Assembly (NCBI RefSeq): GCF_009914755.1
Contig: NC_060930.1
Direction: 5' to 3' (one strand)
Length of the DNA: 64,000 nucleotides
Origin: the human T2T-CHM13v2.0 reference genome, Homo sapiens
The notes beneath the pieces are model-generated. The model worked only from the letters and a program-made list of their open reading frames with translations, was not told where the DNA came from and did no database searches. This document shows positions 29,406-43,293 of this stretch, piece after piece. How positions within the stretch are numbered: the stretch's first letter is position 1; each line of letters opens with the position of its first letter. A program made the translations under genes and the position numbers.

Positions 29406-32400
29406 CTATCAGCTACTCCACTAGACATACTTTACTTAGGACCCACTGAGACCCTGTAAGATAAAGAAGCCTTGTCTACAAATGGCGGAAAATCAGTGCT
29501 GTCTGTAAGTGATTGAGGCAAAGGAGAGCTGCTCATTTTTCTCCTTGGTGCCTATGCACTGAGCTACCATTTGCCTTTCTGGATTCACCGGGAAATAGAG
29601 GCTCAGGACAAGCATAGCTTAGACATGATTGAAATCTCTGTCTAGCTTTCATTGTTGTTGGGCATTTCTGCTCTGTCCACTTAATAATTGTTCATCTGGC
29701 TTGCCTCTTGCTTTTGATTGTGTTTAGGTGACACATCTGCATAGTAGAGGGTGCAATCTCTTTTTAGGTTCTTGTGGTTTAATTGGGGAGATGGGGTAAA
29801 TACAAAATGTAACTACATTTTAACCTTTCGGGAAAAGGTTGTTACCTGCAGCTGTGGTCATCAGGGCATCTGGGTGGTTGGAAGAGAGCTGCATATGTGA
29901 ATTGGAATGCAGGTATTAGTGTACGGATGTAATTTCTAAGGAGGAAGAACATCGCAAACAGAGCGATGCGGAATAATGCCTGTTTTTGGGACTGTTGCCT
30001 GTTGTTCCACCAGTGTGGAGGTCTACTGTTTGGTGACCTGGAAAGACCTGGGCACGAGAAAGAATTCTAATAACAGAATAGGAACCTGTTGATGATTTTA
30101 GATGTGGGAGTAAGAGGAAATGCGTCAAGTTCTGAACGATTCCTTTGGTAGCAGACTAGTCTGAAATAAAGGAAAAAATTATTGTATTCAGAGAGTTCCA
30201 TCCAGGCAACAGCTGATGTGAACCTGAACTTGAGAAGCTACAGTGGCATAGCTTTTCCCAGGGGCCTGCAGAGGCGGGGGTGAAGGTAATTGAATAGGAA
30301 TTAGGAATGGGTTGATTTGTGGAAAGGTAATAACTTTATAATCTTTTGAGTTTGTGTTGATGGTGAGAGACAACCGAATTATTGAGAATACACCAGGAAT
30401 TTATCATTTTGGAGCTGCTGCTTGAAGCCTCCTGAATAAGTAAAGTTTTTGAAATATAATATGGATAGAAAGGAAACCTCTGGAGAACTTTTTCTTGTGA
30501 AGGAATTTAATTTTCTAGGTTTCTTTTTGGTTTAATAGAGATTGAAGAGTGAAGAAATATGAACAAAACATGGAATTACCCTCATCTGTTGTCTTCTGCA
30601 TGGCTGTATGATAGAAATCTGTTTCATCAGTGTAGTATCGGATTGGGTCCTTTTCATAAGTTGTTTTTCACCCTTTTATGCTGATTGGGCAGGTGAATTT
30701 ATCTGACGTCTTGATCAGTTGAGTTAATCCCATGTATACTAGTGCAGTTGTACTGGGGTTGCTAACTCCTTTGTTTTCCAGAGTGTTTGAGCTTGATTTA
30801 GAGACATTGGATTCACATGCTGATTTTTCTCATGGATTCAGTTTTTAATGTTAAGAATCATCATCTGCATGGATCTTAGGTATGTGCAGGGGCAGTGACT
30901 ATCTGGCAGCATGTTACATGGAGCATATGAAAGAAGGGGATGGAATGAGGGTGAAGGGATAGGCTGAGCTCTCACCTAAAGGAGGGCATAATGATTCTAC
31001 ATTGACCACTGTCATTGCCACTAGGAGTCAAGGAAAGTGTAACTATCTATAGATACATATCTCTGTGCATTTACACAGATGAACTTCTGAGTTTCAAAAA
31101 TCTTAGGAGATTCTACTTTTTCATTTTTTATTGTTTAAAATTTAAAATTTTATTTAAAAATTTTTTTAATTTTAAAATTAAAAATTTAATGCCTGTTAAT
31201 TCAGATATTTCCAGGAACAGTGTTGGGATTTTTTTGTCCCCTCATGAATTTTGATGTCTCTCGGTGAGGGGCTGGTAGGATAGTGTGAATCCTGGCTCCA
31301 GGCTGGGAAGACTAGGTGGAATGAGTGGTCTTGGGTAAGCACCGACACACCCACCTCCTACTGCTGTTTCTGAGTTGTGCCCTTGCCCTCCTTGCTGTCC
31401 CTCTTCCGCCCTGTCTCTTCTGTCATCCTTTCTTTTACAATAGAGTCACAGCATCAGATAGAGGAGCTGCAGGAAGCATACCCAAACCAGCTGAGCTTAG
31501 TAAGGGGACTAACTTCACTGAAATGTACAAACCTTTCTGTGCTTCCTTTTCTGAGACTTGTAGATAACCAAACTGAAAGGCCTTTCTCACATCCCTGAGC
31601 AGCTGGCTTATAATTTTAATTAGATTGATGTCATCTGTGATTAGGCCTGCCCCCAACCTCCAAGTGTCTACCATTTTGATTATGTCGTATTTGAATTGTG
31701 AATGGGTTTTCTTTGATTTCAACCCAGCAGAGTCCCAGAACTACCATCTTGGGAGAAGCCATGGGGCTGTGCAGTCTGTTTGCCTGCACCTGAACTTCAG
31801 GGGAAGTTTGGTGGGGGGATTGTTGCAGGCCCAAGAGACCTGTATTTAGATCTGTCCAGACTGCAGTCCTTCTTGCTGTCCCATTCTGTTGTCCAGAGTC
31901 ACCAGCCATTTCCCTGTTCAGTCTGTGTTAGGCCTGCCCGTTCCTGAGCAGGCACTCACTTCCTGGGCATGTCCCTCTGCAATTTAATTCATTGCTCTTC
32001 AGCAGCGTCATAGGGAAGTTTGAATCTTATTTAGTCTGAGGTTTTCTTTCTATTGCTATGCCTGGGCATTTTTTAGATCTTAACCTGGTCAGAAAAATTC
32101 CATTTCCTGTGCAAGTCAAAGAGACAAGCACGAAACCAACTCCACTAGAATTTTTCCTACAGAATTTGTGAGTTTTTAGCAAATGTGAATACCCGTAAGT
32201 GTTAGGAAAGATTTCATATTTACATGTTCCCGAAATTGCTGTATTTGTGGAGGATTTGGAGAGAGCTCAAACTCATTTTATTGTGATAAGTGCTGAAACA
32301 TAATCATAGAATCTTTGCCATGTTAACAGTGGTGAATGATATTAACCATTTATGGAGTTACCTTTTCTCTCCTAAATCAAATAAGATTAACTTCTGTATA

Positions 32401-35400
32401 AATGAGAAAAATGTAAGCCCCTGTGCTGACGTAAGCGCTCTGAAAGATAGCACAGATGAACACGGCAATAGGATCTACCCACAAGGAGCTAATGGGAGAT
32501 GATGTCTCCTGGCACATCTGTCAGAAACGTCAGAAGACATTCAGGTCTTTACGTGTGTTTCTCCTGATGAAACAGGTTTCAGTGTCTCATTCATCTTTGT
32601 CATTCCCTGTCACTTGGTGATGCTACCTGGGTGACTTGTCTCCCTTGTCTTCTGATGTGCGTGCCCCCCCCCCCCCCGCTTTGTGTCCTGCCACCCACCT
32701 CACACCCATATACCAAGGTCCTTAAGAGGGGGGTGGTGTGATCGTTGGGGCTCCATTAAGACATTTTGTAGTTTTTGTGTATATTTATGGGTTTTATGTA
32801 TTTGTTGTCCCTTTGTAGGCATCCGAGTACCAAGTCTTTTGTGAAGTCATATGAAAAGAAAAAATCCCCACAAGCCACTACCTGGGATATAGGTCTCTGC
32901 AGAGTCCTTCCTGCTGTTGCCACATGGCTTGAATGGCCTTGGAAGCCAAAGAGTAACAATCCACAGGATGTCAGTGCTTCCTTATGACGCCAGTGGAGGG
33001 AATGGAATAAAGCCAGCTTAGTAATATACAGGCCACTTGGAATGCTCCTCCGATTTCAAATGACCCGGGGGAACATGGTGGTTTCGTGAAACCAAAGTCA
33101 GCTTTGAAGAAAGCTAATGTCAGCCTCAGGTTCAGGCAGTACTGTAGAAGAACACTGAGCTCTCAGTAGCTGGCTAGCTGTGCTGCCTTCCCCAGTCTAT
33201 TTCACATCCGCTTTTATATCAAGGCAGATGACAAGGAAACAAACTGACGTCAGTTTATTAAAGGAAACACTTGTGATATTGGGAGTAATCCCTCAGGCAA
33301 GAGGTGCTAATTGAACCTAAGAGTATTTCTGAAGTTACTATTTTCAACAGTAGAGAAGGAAATTATTGATCATCTCATCCAAAATTGATAAAAACCTAAG
33401 TGTAGCAGTCTTTCAAAATTAAATATTCTCAGCTGTGGAATATTCTCATGCCCAACATTGCTACTTCCTCAACCATTTCTAGATGATTAAAATTACACTG
33501 TAATGCCATGTTGCTCAATATGCATATTTGTTGTCATTTTTGTCTGTTCATTTCTTAGGAATGTCTTTGCCACCATCGAACAGTCATCAGGAACTTAGTT
33601 GCATGCCTTTTTTTTTTTTTTAGCTACTCGTTAGCTTGTGTGTTCTTGGGCAAGGTATTTACTTAGCTTCTCTGATTCTTAATTTCTACTTCTGTGAAAT
33701 CAGCATGATAGAGTAGATTAGCATTAATTTGTCCAGTCATTGATTCATTTATATCCCAGCATAAGGAAACAATGAGGCTGTATCATGGGTAGCAGTAGAG
33801 CCATTCAGATCTCTAATGGTGGATGCCAGCCATTGTTATATGTTCAAGGAAAATGACATTTCCAAGATCACTATTCAGCTGGGTGAAGGTTCCCAACAAA
33901 ATTTTGTCCCTGTAATCCATTCTTCTTTCCCTGAGATAATAGTGACTTGTCCAGATTAAAACATTTATATCCCACCGTGTCTTCAACCCCATTTACATTG
34001 CTATCTATACTTTGTTTTCTTCATTCTTTTATAACCCTTAGGAAAACTGGTGTACTGTTGCATCCTCCAAGCAAAGGCTGAGTTGCTGAAAGTCAGTAAT
34101 AATCCCGGTTGACACCAGTCGTTTACACAAGAATCCTCCAAGTGGTCAGACTGCTGGGATCACCTAGAGCTTTGTTTTCATGTGTAATAAATACAGATCA
34201 AATGTTGGCAACAGTTCCCATGGCAGCTAAAAGTTCTTTCCTGCAAAATTTCACTGAGGTCCATTTCTCTGTAAGTTTAGAGCGGAATTCCTAGAAATTT
34301 CTTATAATGGGATTTCATTATGAGTATCCATCAGTCATCAAAGGGAGTATTTATTTAAATGTGACATAATATAAAATGAAACAGATCTTCCTATAGAGGG
34401 TTCCTTGCAATAAAAAGGCAATCAGGCACCAGTGCCTTGCAAATCTAATGAAGCTTGGAGCTCTGCAGGTGCAGGTGCTGTCGGAAAAGAGGTTAGCAAT
34501 TTTCTGAACCTGAAGAAGGCCTCTTCTGAACTGCAGACAGAGGAAAGAGTCCTGGAGAGCACCACATCTCAGGCCACATCAGGTGCTGTGGAACTGCCAG
34601 GGAGGCCCAGGTCCTCGCTTCGCCGTGCAACTAGCATTTTCTCTTGCATAATCGCCTACCACCTGTTCTTCAACATAAACCCACTAGCCCCACATTGTGC
34701 CATGAGACAAGGCACCTGAGCCAGGCCGTGCTGCACCTGCGACCTCAGGAAGCTGTGATGCTCTGCCCTTACCCCTGTTCCCTGATTTTGGAGTGCCTTG
34801 GTGAATAGAAGCAAAACACGAGCTGTGCTTTTAGATGAAAATAAGTTCTATGGCTGCATGGAAAGAACGGTTTGGATATAGTTAGTTAAGAAGGTGAGAG
34901 CTCAGTCTTCCCTCCTCACACCTCAGTTTTACTCCCTCATTTTTTGAAAACATTCAAGTGTAGAGGCAGATGATCTTCGTGTCCTTTTGGTTTCTGACTT
35001 GGGTGAAGAAGGCACAGGTCTTAAAATAGGTTTTCTTGCAGGGAGAACCTGGGTGAGGGCATCACGATTGTGTATTCAAGCAACTGCTCAGAATTGTTAA
35101 TCTTTCACAAGCGAAAGGGGAGAGCAAGCTGGTTGTTTTGTGACTTTTCCATTACAGGGTATTTCTCTTATCAGATTTGTGCTTTTCCCTATTTTGTATG
35201 CTCGAGCTGTTGAGGCGTGTCAGGAAATCTAGCAACATCTGTATCCTCCCCAGAGGGATCACCCCTGCTGAAATGTGGGGAGATAAACACACAGAAAACA
35301 AAAGTATGGAAAACTGATGCTTTACCACTGGGGTGGGTTTGGCCAATATTTTAATTAGGCCACATTTCAAGGAGAACAGCTTTATTTCAGCAGCTAGCTG

Positions 35401-37743
35401 AAGAACCTAGAACCCAGACTGCCAGGGGTGTCCTGTTTCATCTTGTTTCTCCACAAAAGAGCAGAGTGGCTCTGGTCATGGAGCCGGGACCTCTGGCCTC
35501 ATGGCAGAGGTGGCAGTAGAGGACACACACACCATCCACAGTGTCCTGCCATCAGCTTCCACATGGGCCTGAGACTGTACCCTTCTTCCTCCGAGCAGGA
35601 GTCCTGATGCCAGTAGTTTCCTGCAAGAGCCTGCTGTCCCCAGGCAGATGTTTTGTTTTGCAAACATTACACAGGACTCTAATGTGCTCATTTGTAATCC
35701 ACTGAACATCCTAATGGAAATGGATTTATTAAAATATATAATCTGAAATGATTTGGACAGCATCACATGAGCTTTTAACCTTGGGTTAGCACTCAAGGGT
35801 TACAATAACAATGCTTCCAGCAACTTCTATTTCAATAGCACATCAGAGTTTCCAAAATACTCTTCCATATACAGAATCTCAAATGATTCTAAAAATGGAG
35901 CCCTTAGGTAATGACTATTTGGAAACCAAATAACACAATCAAAACACTGCTTCATGGGTATTTATATTACAAGTTGATATTTGAGATGCCTAGATTTTTC
36001 TTAAGCTCTCATAATTGGTTATTTTTTCCAGGGGGTAAGTGAGGTAGACTAGAGGAATTAATAAATGCCTTTGGAATGAGTTTACCTTGGCTTTTTGAGT
36101 GCTTTGAGGAGGAGACCTTGGTGAAGGCTTGTTGCTAGGTCAGCTGCATGTGTATCTTTTAAATGCTTTTTATAACTTAAAAACGGAAGGAAGAAGAGTG
36201 GCTGTTGTTTCTTTTGTGCATATCGTTTTCTGAAGAGGGATATTTCTCAGAAGACTTTTTAAACAGCATGTCATTGGACTCCCAGCTGGAATGACTTAAT
36301 TGCTTTTAGATTCATACCGGGGGCATGTTGTGTAAGGGCCAAAAAGCAATCATTTGGACGAGTTTATCACATTTCTGCTCTGTGGTTGCCTTTGAGGGGC
36401 ATTGAGCCCTCTCTTTGTCTGGGCGGTGGGGTGTTGGGGTGTCGGTCATGCATCAGGGTCAGGAGCTTGCCATAGCCCTGCTATGTTCAGTGGGGACAGA
36501 CACTCTGTAACAGACAAATGCCGCCTCCCCGCCCCCGAGAGAACATGTGATATTCTCTTTACCTCTTTTTAACCTCTGGTAGCTCCATTTTTCCTGTTGA
36601 GACAAGTGACTATTCCAAAAAGTTGGAATATGGGATGGGAGTGTTGGTTTTTTTTTTTTTTTTTTTAAGAGCTGTAATACATGTAGAGAGACCAGTTATA
36701 CAATGTATGTTTCTAACCACCCCCTTTACGCATTTGGGGCGGTGTTCCTTAGAGGCCGTTGGGTAGGATGGTTCAGAGCATCATGATTACAGCACTGACA
36801 CACTTATGGCTGCAACCTTAGGATTTTTCTGTTTTAGTTTTCTTATCTCTGAAGAAGAGATCATAGGTTTTGGCAATAACTAAATGAATTGATACATGTT
36901 ACAACAGTTAATGTTAGAAACTGCTGTGTTGCATATTATCATTAACATAATGTGATTGAAAAGATCTGGTGCCTGGAACAACCTTATAATTGCTAGGAAA
37001 ACTCGAGAAAGTTTATGTATCTCAAATGCCTGGGGCACGATGAGGACTGTCAAAGAGTCAGCCATTACCCTTGAGTGTTGTGACATCATCAGCCTCGCCA
37101 GAACTATGTTGTGGGCTGTTTCAGTGTGGTAGAAGGTCTTGGTAATTCCTGTGTCAGGATTATCATCCTTTCCCTGTTTCTTCTTGCTTTGCTAAAGTAT
37201 TTATTTGTTCCACTGGCCTCATAGGGCCTTAGTGGGGGATATAGGTACACACTTCGGGATAGTTGGCCCATGCCCCATGAGTTTGGTGTTGTTACCTTCG
37301 TAACTCTTTCTGTGACAGGCAGCTAGAAGATGGTGTATCTGGTGGTGGAAGAGAAGCTCCTGGCTCTGATCCCTCTTTTTAGCCTGGTGTCAGGGCTAAA
37401 AAGATTATTTAGCCTCTTTAAGCTTTAGTTTTCCTCCTTTGTAAAATTATATTACTAATACCTGACTCGCAATGCTGCTTGGGGTTGTGGGGGAGGATAT
37501 GTGAGGGTGGGGTCACTACTCTCAGGTATGGATGCAGAACCCACAGATAGAGAGGGCCGACTGTATTTAGTTTTTTCGTGCTAATGTTTTTACTTTGAAA
37601 ATGACCAAGTTGCCTATAACTTGTATAGTCAATTGTGTCAATGGGATGCGTTCTGGTCTAACTCGCATGTGCATATTTAAGGGTGTTTCTCTCTCGGTGT
37701 GTAGTAAACAGTTTACAAATTCCTTACTCAAATCCAAAGGTGA

Positions 37744-38106
<363 letters not shown>

Positions 38107-41100
38107 GATTTAGGGTTTTATGAAACCCAAAACCGCAGAAACATTTTATTCGTGTGTTCTTTACGAGTTAACGCCATCCTTTTCTGAGTGTAACCTGCAG
38201 TTCTGTGCTCTTGCCTTGATTCTTGCCAGTGATAAAGCACGAGAGCCTTGCAGACCAACTGCCTGTTGCCCCATAAGGCCATTTGTCCAGCTGTTCCTCC
38301 CTTACCATTAACGCAAACATTTTAGAGTGACTGATGCCCACACAGGCCGCGGGGCTAGTAATCATCAGGTCTGCCATCCTTTCCTCAGCACTTTTGGGGG
38401 CCAAGAGGGCCAAGAAGCCATTTTTCAATGACAAAAACCATTCATCCTGATTTATGGTCTTTCTGTTGTCCTGACCTTTATATTCTCATAAAAGTCTTTT
38501 AATTTTAGTGTCGTATGTTAGCAGGAATATATGTAAGAAATTTGTGTAAAGGGCAGATATATCCAAGTCTGTTATTTTATCATTGCACATAATGCATTCA
38601 CACTTGGAGATCATGATGAGAGTGGCAACCAAGTGGTAATTGGTGGGAAAAATATTACAGAATTTAAGTTCTTCTATAGAAAAGGAAGAAGATGTGATTG
38701 GCTTCAAACATTCTATTTCCAGATATCTGTTATAATTGTGATCAAAGTGAAAGATATTTCATTGTGTGAAAGTTCCAGAAGCGTTTTACAAAGCCTGTAA
38801 ACCAGTAGAATTTGCTTATGATACTGGAGTTTCGGAGTACAGAGGCAGCATCCCAGGTTGACGTTTGTTCCCTGTGCGAGTGAGCTGCTGGCTGGATGCA
38901 AGGTGATAATGGGGGTTTTGCTCACCTAAGCTGTGTTCTTGCAGCTTTCCCTAGTTTTACACGTGGATGGTGGAGCTGTTTTGGCCCAGGGCAAACCGGG
39001 TTACAGCACTCACACATGCTACATTAAAATCCATTTGAACTGTTGGCACAGGTTGGCAGACATTCCATTGTTTTCAGACAATAGTGACTCAAAGTTGAAC
39101 TGGCTCCAGGGAGCAAGTGTGGCTTTTGTACAGTAACAGGGATTTAATGCCAGCCAATTGACGGAGTCTGTGTCTTGCCCAAGGAAGGGATGCCTTGTAA
39201 TGACATGAAGCGTACATTTAAATATCTGGCTTGAGATCAGAAACTTGCGGTGGATCTCTTTTCCCTTGCTTAACACATTTCTTCTTTATTTACAGTGATT
39301 CTTTTTTTTGCCCCTTTCGTTTGTTTTGGGGTGTGGACAGGAAGAAGGTATTTTAATTTGGGGGTTAGTTCGGTCCCATCTTCAGGGTCTTCTTTTCCTT
39401 TGTTGCCTTGCTAGCAGATGTTTCGGCTGACTTTCTGTAATGGTCCTTGTCTGGATTTTTCTCTTTCAAGGAGGTTAGGCCTTCTGAACTGTATTATTTC
39501 AGGTCATACACTGCATAATTCCAGGATATCTTATAACTTTTGCTGGATGCCAAGTAAGGACTCCTGTTTCATACACATCTAATAATCTAATAATACACAT
39601 CAGGATTTCGTCTTGTGTTTGGATGAGGTGCCTTTATTAGCATGGGTAATTGGCAAGATAGGGGCGTCTGGTTCTGGGAGGCGCTTGGAGACAGGTAAAA
39701 GTAGAAGGCCAGCTTTGTCAGCTTTCTCTAAAAATTATATTTTTCACATGTGGATCTTTGCCATTGCAGCAAGAGCTTTCGAAAAGATCATTCTTCTTAT
39801 ATTTGCGTAACTCCTTTCTCTGAAGAACGCAAAGCACTTATATACTTTATTCAAAATACTTCAGCAAGTCCTGGAGGGCGGATAAGAGGAAGCAGCCAGC
39901 TGGTCTGTAGTTCAGGGAATTGAGGCCCAAACGGGGTTGGTGAGCAGAACTAGACATCAAAATCAAGAGTCTGTGCATGGAGTGAGGGTATTAAAAACCT
40001 TGAGATCAGTTTTTCATAGGGCTGCCTTCCTTGAGGGTCTCTTCCAGGAAACTTGTGTCAGCATCTAAATATGCGAACAAAGCTTTTGGGGAACATTGTT
40101 TAGGACAAGCTCCCTGGAGGTATAGTTGTGAATTCCCCTAGGAAAGTGTATCTCTCTGCCTTTCAAATTGTTACAGGATTGCTATTAAATATGTTTCTAA
40201 AGTAACTTCTTTTGCCCATATCTTTTTCATCCCTCATTGGGAGCAAATCTTACCTTCTCAGGGATGAGGTGACCCTAAATCAAAATAACAGCCTTTGGAT
40301 TTAAAGATTTTGCCTGCCGTGGTGTGAAAACACTTTTCTATAGGCCGTTTAACTTTCAGAGTATGTGTATACAAATCAATATATTTGTCTCTGTTCGTTA
40401 ATGTAAAGCTATTTGTATCTGAGTACAATACAATTTCCTAATATGGTTCACAGTGATGAATGCTTTTTTTCTCTCCTTAAAGAAACTAGTCCAATTATTT
40501 CTTTTAATTGGGGACAGTGTGTGGAGGACTTCTATACATTGAACTTTCTGTCTTTCTCTCTCTTATGTTCACAGGGTTTAATCTTTCCCTGTGAGAGTGA
40601 ATATTTTTTTTCCTTTCCTCTTCTCTCCCTTTCTCAAATCTTACAAATTAAGACAAAAGATAATTACTTGGAGGAGTAAAACTGGCAGGTTCCCACGACA
40701 CTTAAAATTAATGAGCTGTTGAGTACAAAATATACCTTGTCTTTGGCTCTGTCGGTGTTGCCCAGTCCTCCCCCTGCCCCCTTTACTTCCCGTTTAACAC
40801 ATGATTTGACTTTCTGGCTATGTTTGCCATTTGGGTATATCGCTGCTCTAAAACAGCATGATGGTTACAAAAAGTGGGTTTGGTTGGAAACCTTCTCTTT
40901 GTTTGCAAATGAAAGTTAATTTGATTCAGTTTTTAATTTCCGTATGTTTGAAAACTCTTCCATTTCCAGATATCTCATCAAAATATTCTTTAGTAGAGTA
41001 CCTTGCTGAAGTCTTCAGGGCAGCCAGTTTATGGTTCACTATGTTAATTTCACCTGCCTCCCTCTCGTCTCCGTTTCCCCTTTCCTATAATCCTGGTACT

Positions 41101-41409
41101 CACCGCTTTGCTGTCCATAGTATTTTCCTGAGCAGTAGGTTTTGTGACCTCAAAATACAATCAAAGAGTTGTGCATCTGGTTTCAGGTACGGATACTGCA
41201 ATGAAGGATCTGTTTTTTTCAGATAAGAAAGATACTGCTGACTAACCACAGTCACACTCTTCAAGTGTCTGTGAAAGTCCCAGCTTAGCAACTGGCCTTG
41301 CCCTGCCAAGTGATTTATCACCGAACAGGTGACTCCTGTCAGTTTTTATGCGACACATCAAGCTTCTTGAAATCATCATGTAAGGAGTAATGGAACAGAT
41401 GATCTGGCC

Positions 41410-43293
41410 CCAGGGTTTCAGGCATTTTGAATTCCAGACCCCTTTCTACTTTTAGAAGTTATTGAGGGACCCCAAAAGGCTTTTATTAATGTGGATTATA
41501 TTTATTAATATCAGCTTTAATTCTCATATCTACCATATTAGAATTAAAAGTTAAGACACTTTAAGATATTTATTCATTTAAAAAATGACACAAACCAGTT
41601 ACGTGTTAAACACATATAGCATTTTTTAATGAAAAATAATCATAGTCCAAAACCAAAAACTTATTAAGAGTTACATTATTTGACCTTTTTGTTAATCCCG
41701 TTAATGTCTTACTAAGTAGGATACAGCCATATTATGATTGCTTCTGTATTCATCTCTTGAGTGTTGCAGTACATAGTTTGGTTGATGTATATGAAGAAAA
41801 TCAGCTTTGGATAAATATGTATGTACATGGGAAACGGTCTTTGTAGATGATTTCAGTACTTGATAGGATAGTAGGCTCTACTGGTAGTTTCCTACAGGTC
41901 AGTTGCTCTGGGAACCTGTACCTGTATCAGTGAACTTTTCATACTGTTACATTAATATCCATTGGTTTGTCTTTTTCTTTGAATGGACCTTTAACCCATG
42001 CACTGTTTTGTAGCATCCTATGTTGTTCATTTGAAAATAATGGTTCAGTGAGTTCTTGTTAGCACCTTTGGTAATGAACAAGGGTACATCATCAAAGAAT
42101 TTCTGTCGAACTCATGATGGCAGATACTGGTTTTCTGAAATTCTAATTTTTGCCTGAAAGCATGAATTCTGTCATTGGCAGCAACGACTATTAGTTACTT
42201 TCCTTGAATAGACAGGCTTGCTTTGTTCATTTTTGAAAAAAATCTAGTAACTAAGTAAAAACTACAAATAACTAAGTCCGAAGAACTATAGTGTGTTGGT
42301 CCTTCTTGAAATAAAAACAACATCCTATGAAAAAGGGGCTAGCCCAAAACTTGCACAATCACACAAGTGCTTTTCCCTAGAGATGATCATTGTATTTCTG
42401 TATATAGGAGAAGTGCTTTATGTGTAATAGCATCTTGTCACACAAAGTATGTGTGCTCAGGGGCCATGATTCAGTCATACTCACTGTTTGTATGACTTTA
42501 TCAAGGTCATTCTTAAGTGAAACTGGCTGTTTTTTTTTTTTAACTGCTACTAATCCATGGTAGGGATGAAATGCATATTAGACTAGTGTATAGTAGTTTG
42601 GTGCCATTGCCTTTGTTTATGCTAAAGTACCCGTGATTTCACCCATATTTTAAAAATATATTTTGTTGAGATAAAATTCACACATTATAGAATATACCCA
42701 TTAAATGTACTGTAGCATGTATCAATACTTGATTTCCTTTTTATGGCTAATACTTCATTGTATGGATATACCACTTTATCTAAATAAATATCAGTTGGAT
42801 CTTCGGTGATTTCCCCCAATTTTTAACGATTAGTAATAATTCTGCTGTGAATATTTGTGTGCAAGTTTTTATGTGGACATATTTTTTATTTCCCTTGTGT
42901 ACATTCCTGGAAATGGAATTGGTGGGTCATATGGGAACTCCTACGTTTCTCCTTTTGAGGAGCTATCTGAAAAGGAGAAACCATTTTGCATTTCCGCCAG
43001 TAGTGTGTGAGGGTTACAGTTTCTCCACATCCTTGCAATCAGTCATCATTATCCATCTTTATGATATGACTTTACATCCTAGTCGATGTAAAGTGGTGTA
43101 TCTCATTATGGTTTTGATTTGCATTTCCCTTATAGTTAACCTACCATTTTTCGTGCCATCAGTGCAGATGTCTATCCATTGTAAAGGCAAATAATGTCTT
43201 TGTATTATTATGAAATAGTTTCGACCCTAGCACATCTCCTGCAAGGGTTTCTAGGTCCTTGAAGGGTCTGTAAATCTCCTTTGAGATCCACTG
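41410..43293 (-). mobile_element. hAT-Charlie DNA transposon (Charlie1-like), interrupted by an L1 fragment
   Basis: Termini cagggtttca...gacccctttct...gaccccaaaaggcttttatt and tattattatgaaatagtttcgacc...tttgagatccactg match recalled Charlie1 ends; 8-bp TSD atctggcc/atctgacc. Confidence 0.75.
42650..43135 (-). mobile_element. L1MB-type 3' fragment nested in the Charlie element
   Basis: gttgagataaaattcaca...cattgtatggatataccac...gtgtgcaagtttttatgtggacata...ggttttgatttgcatttccct. Confidence 0.8.
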
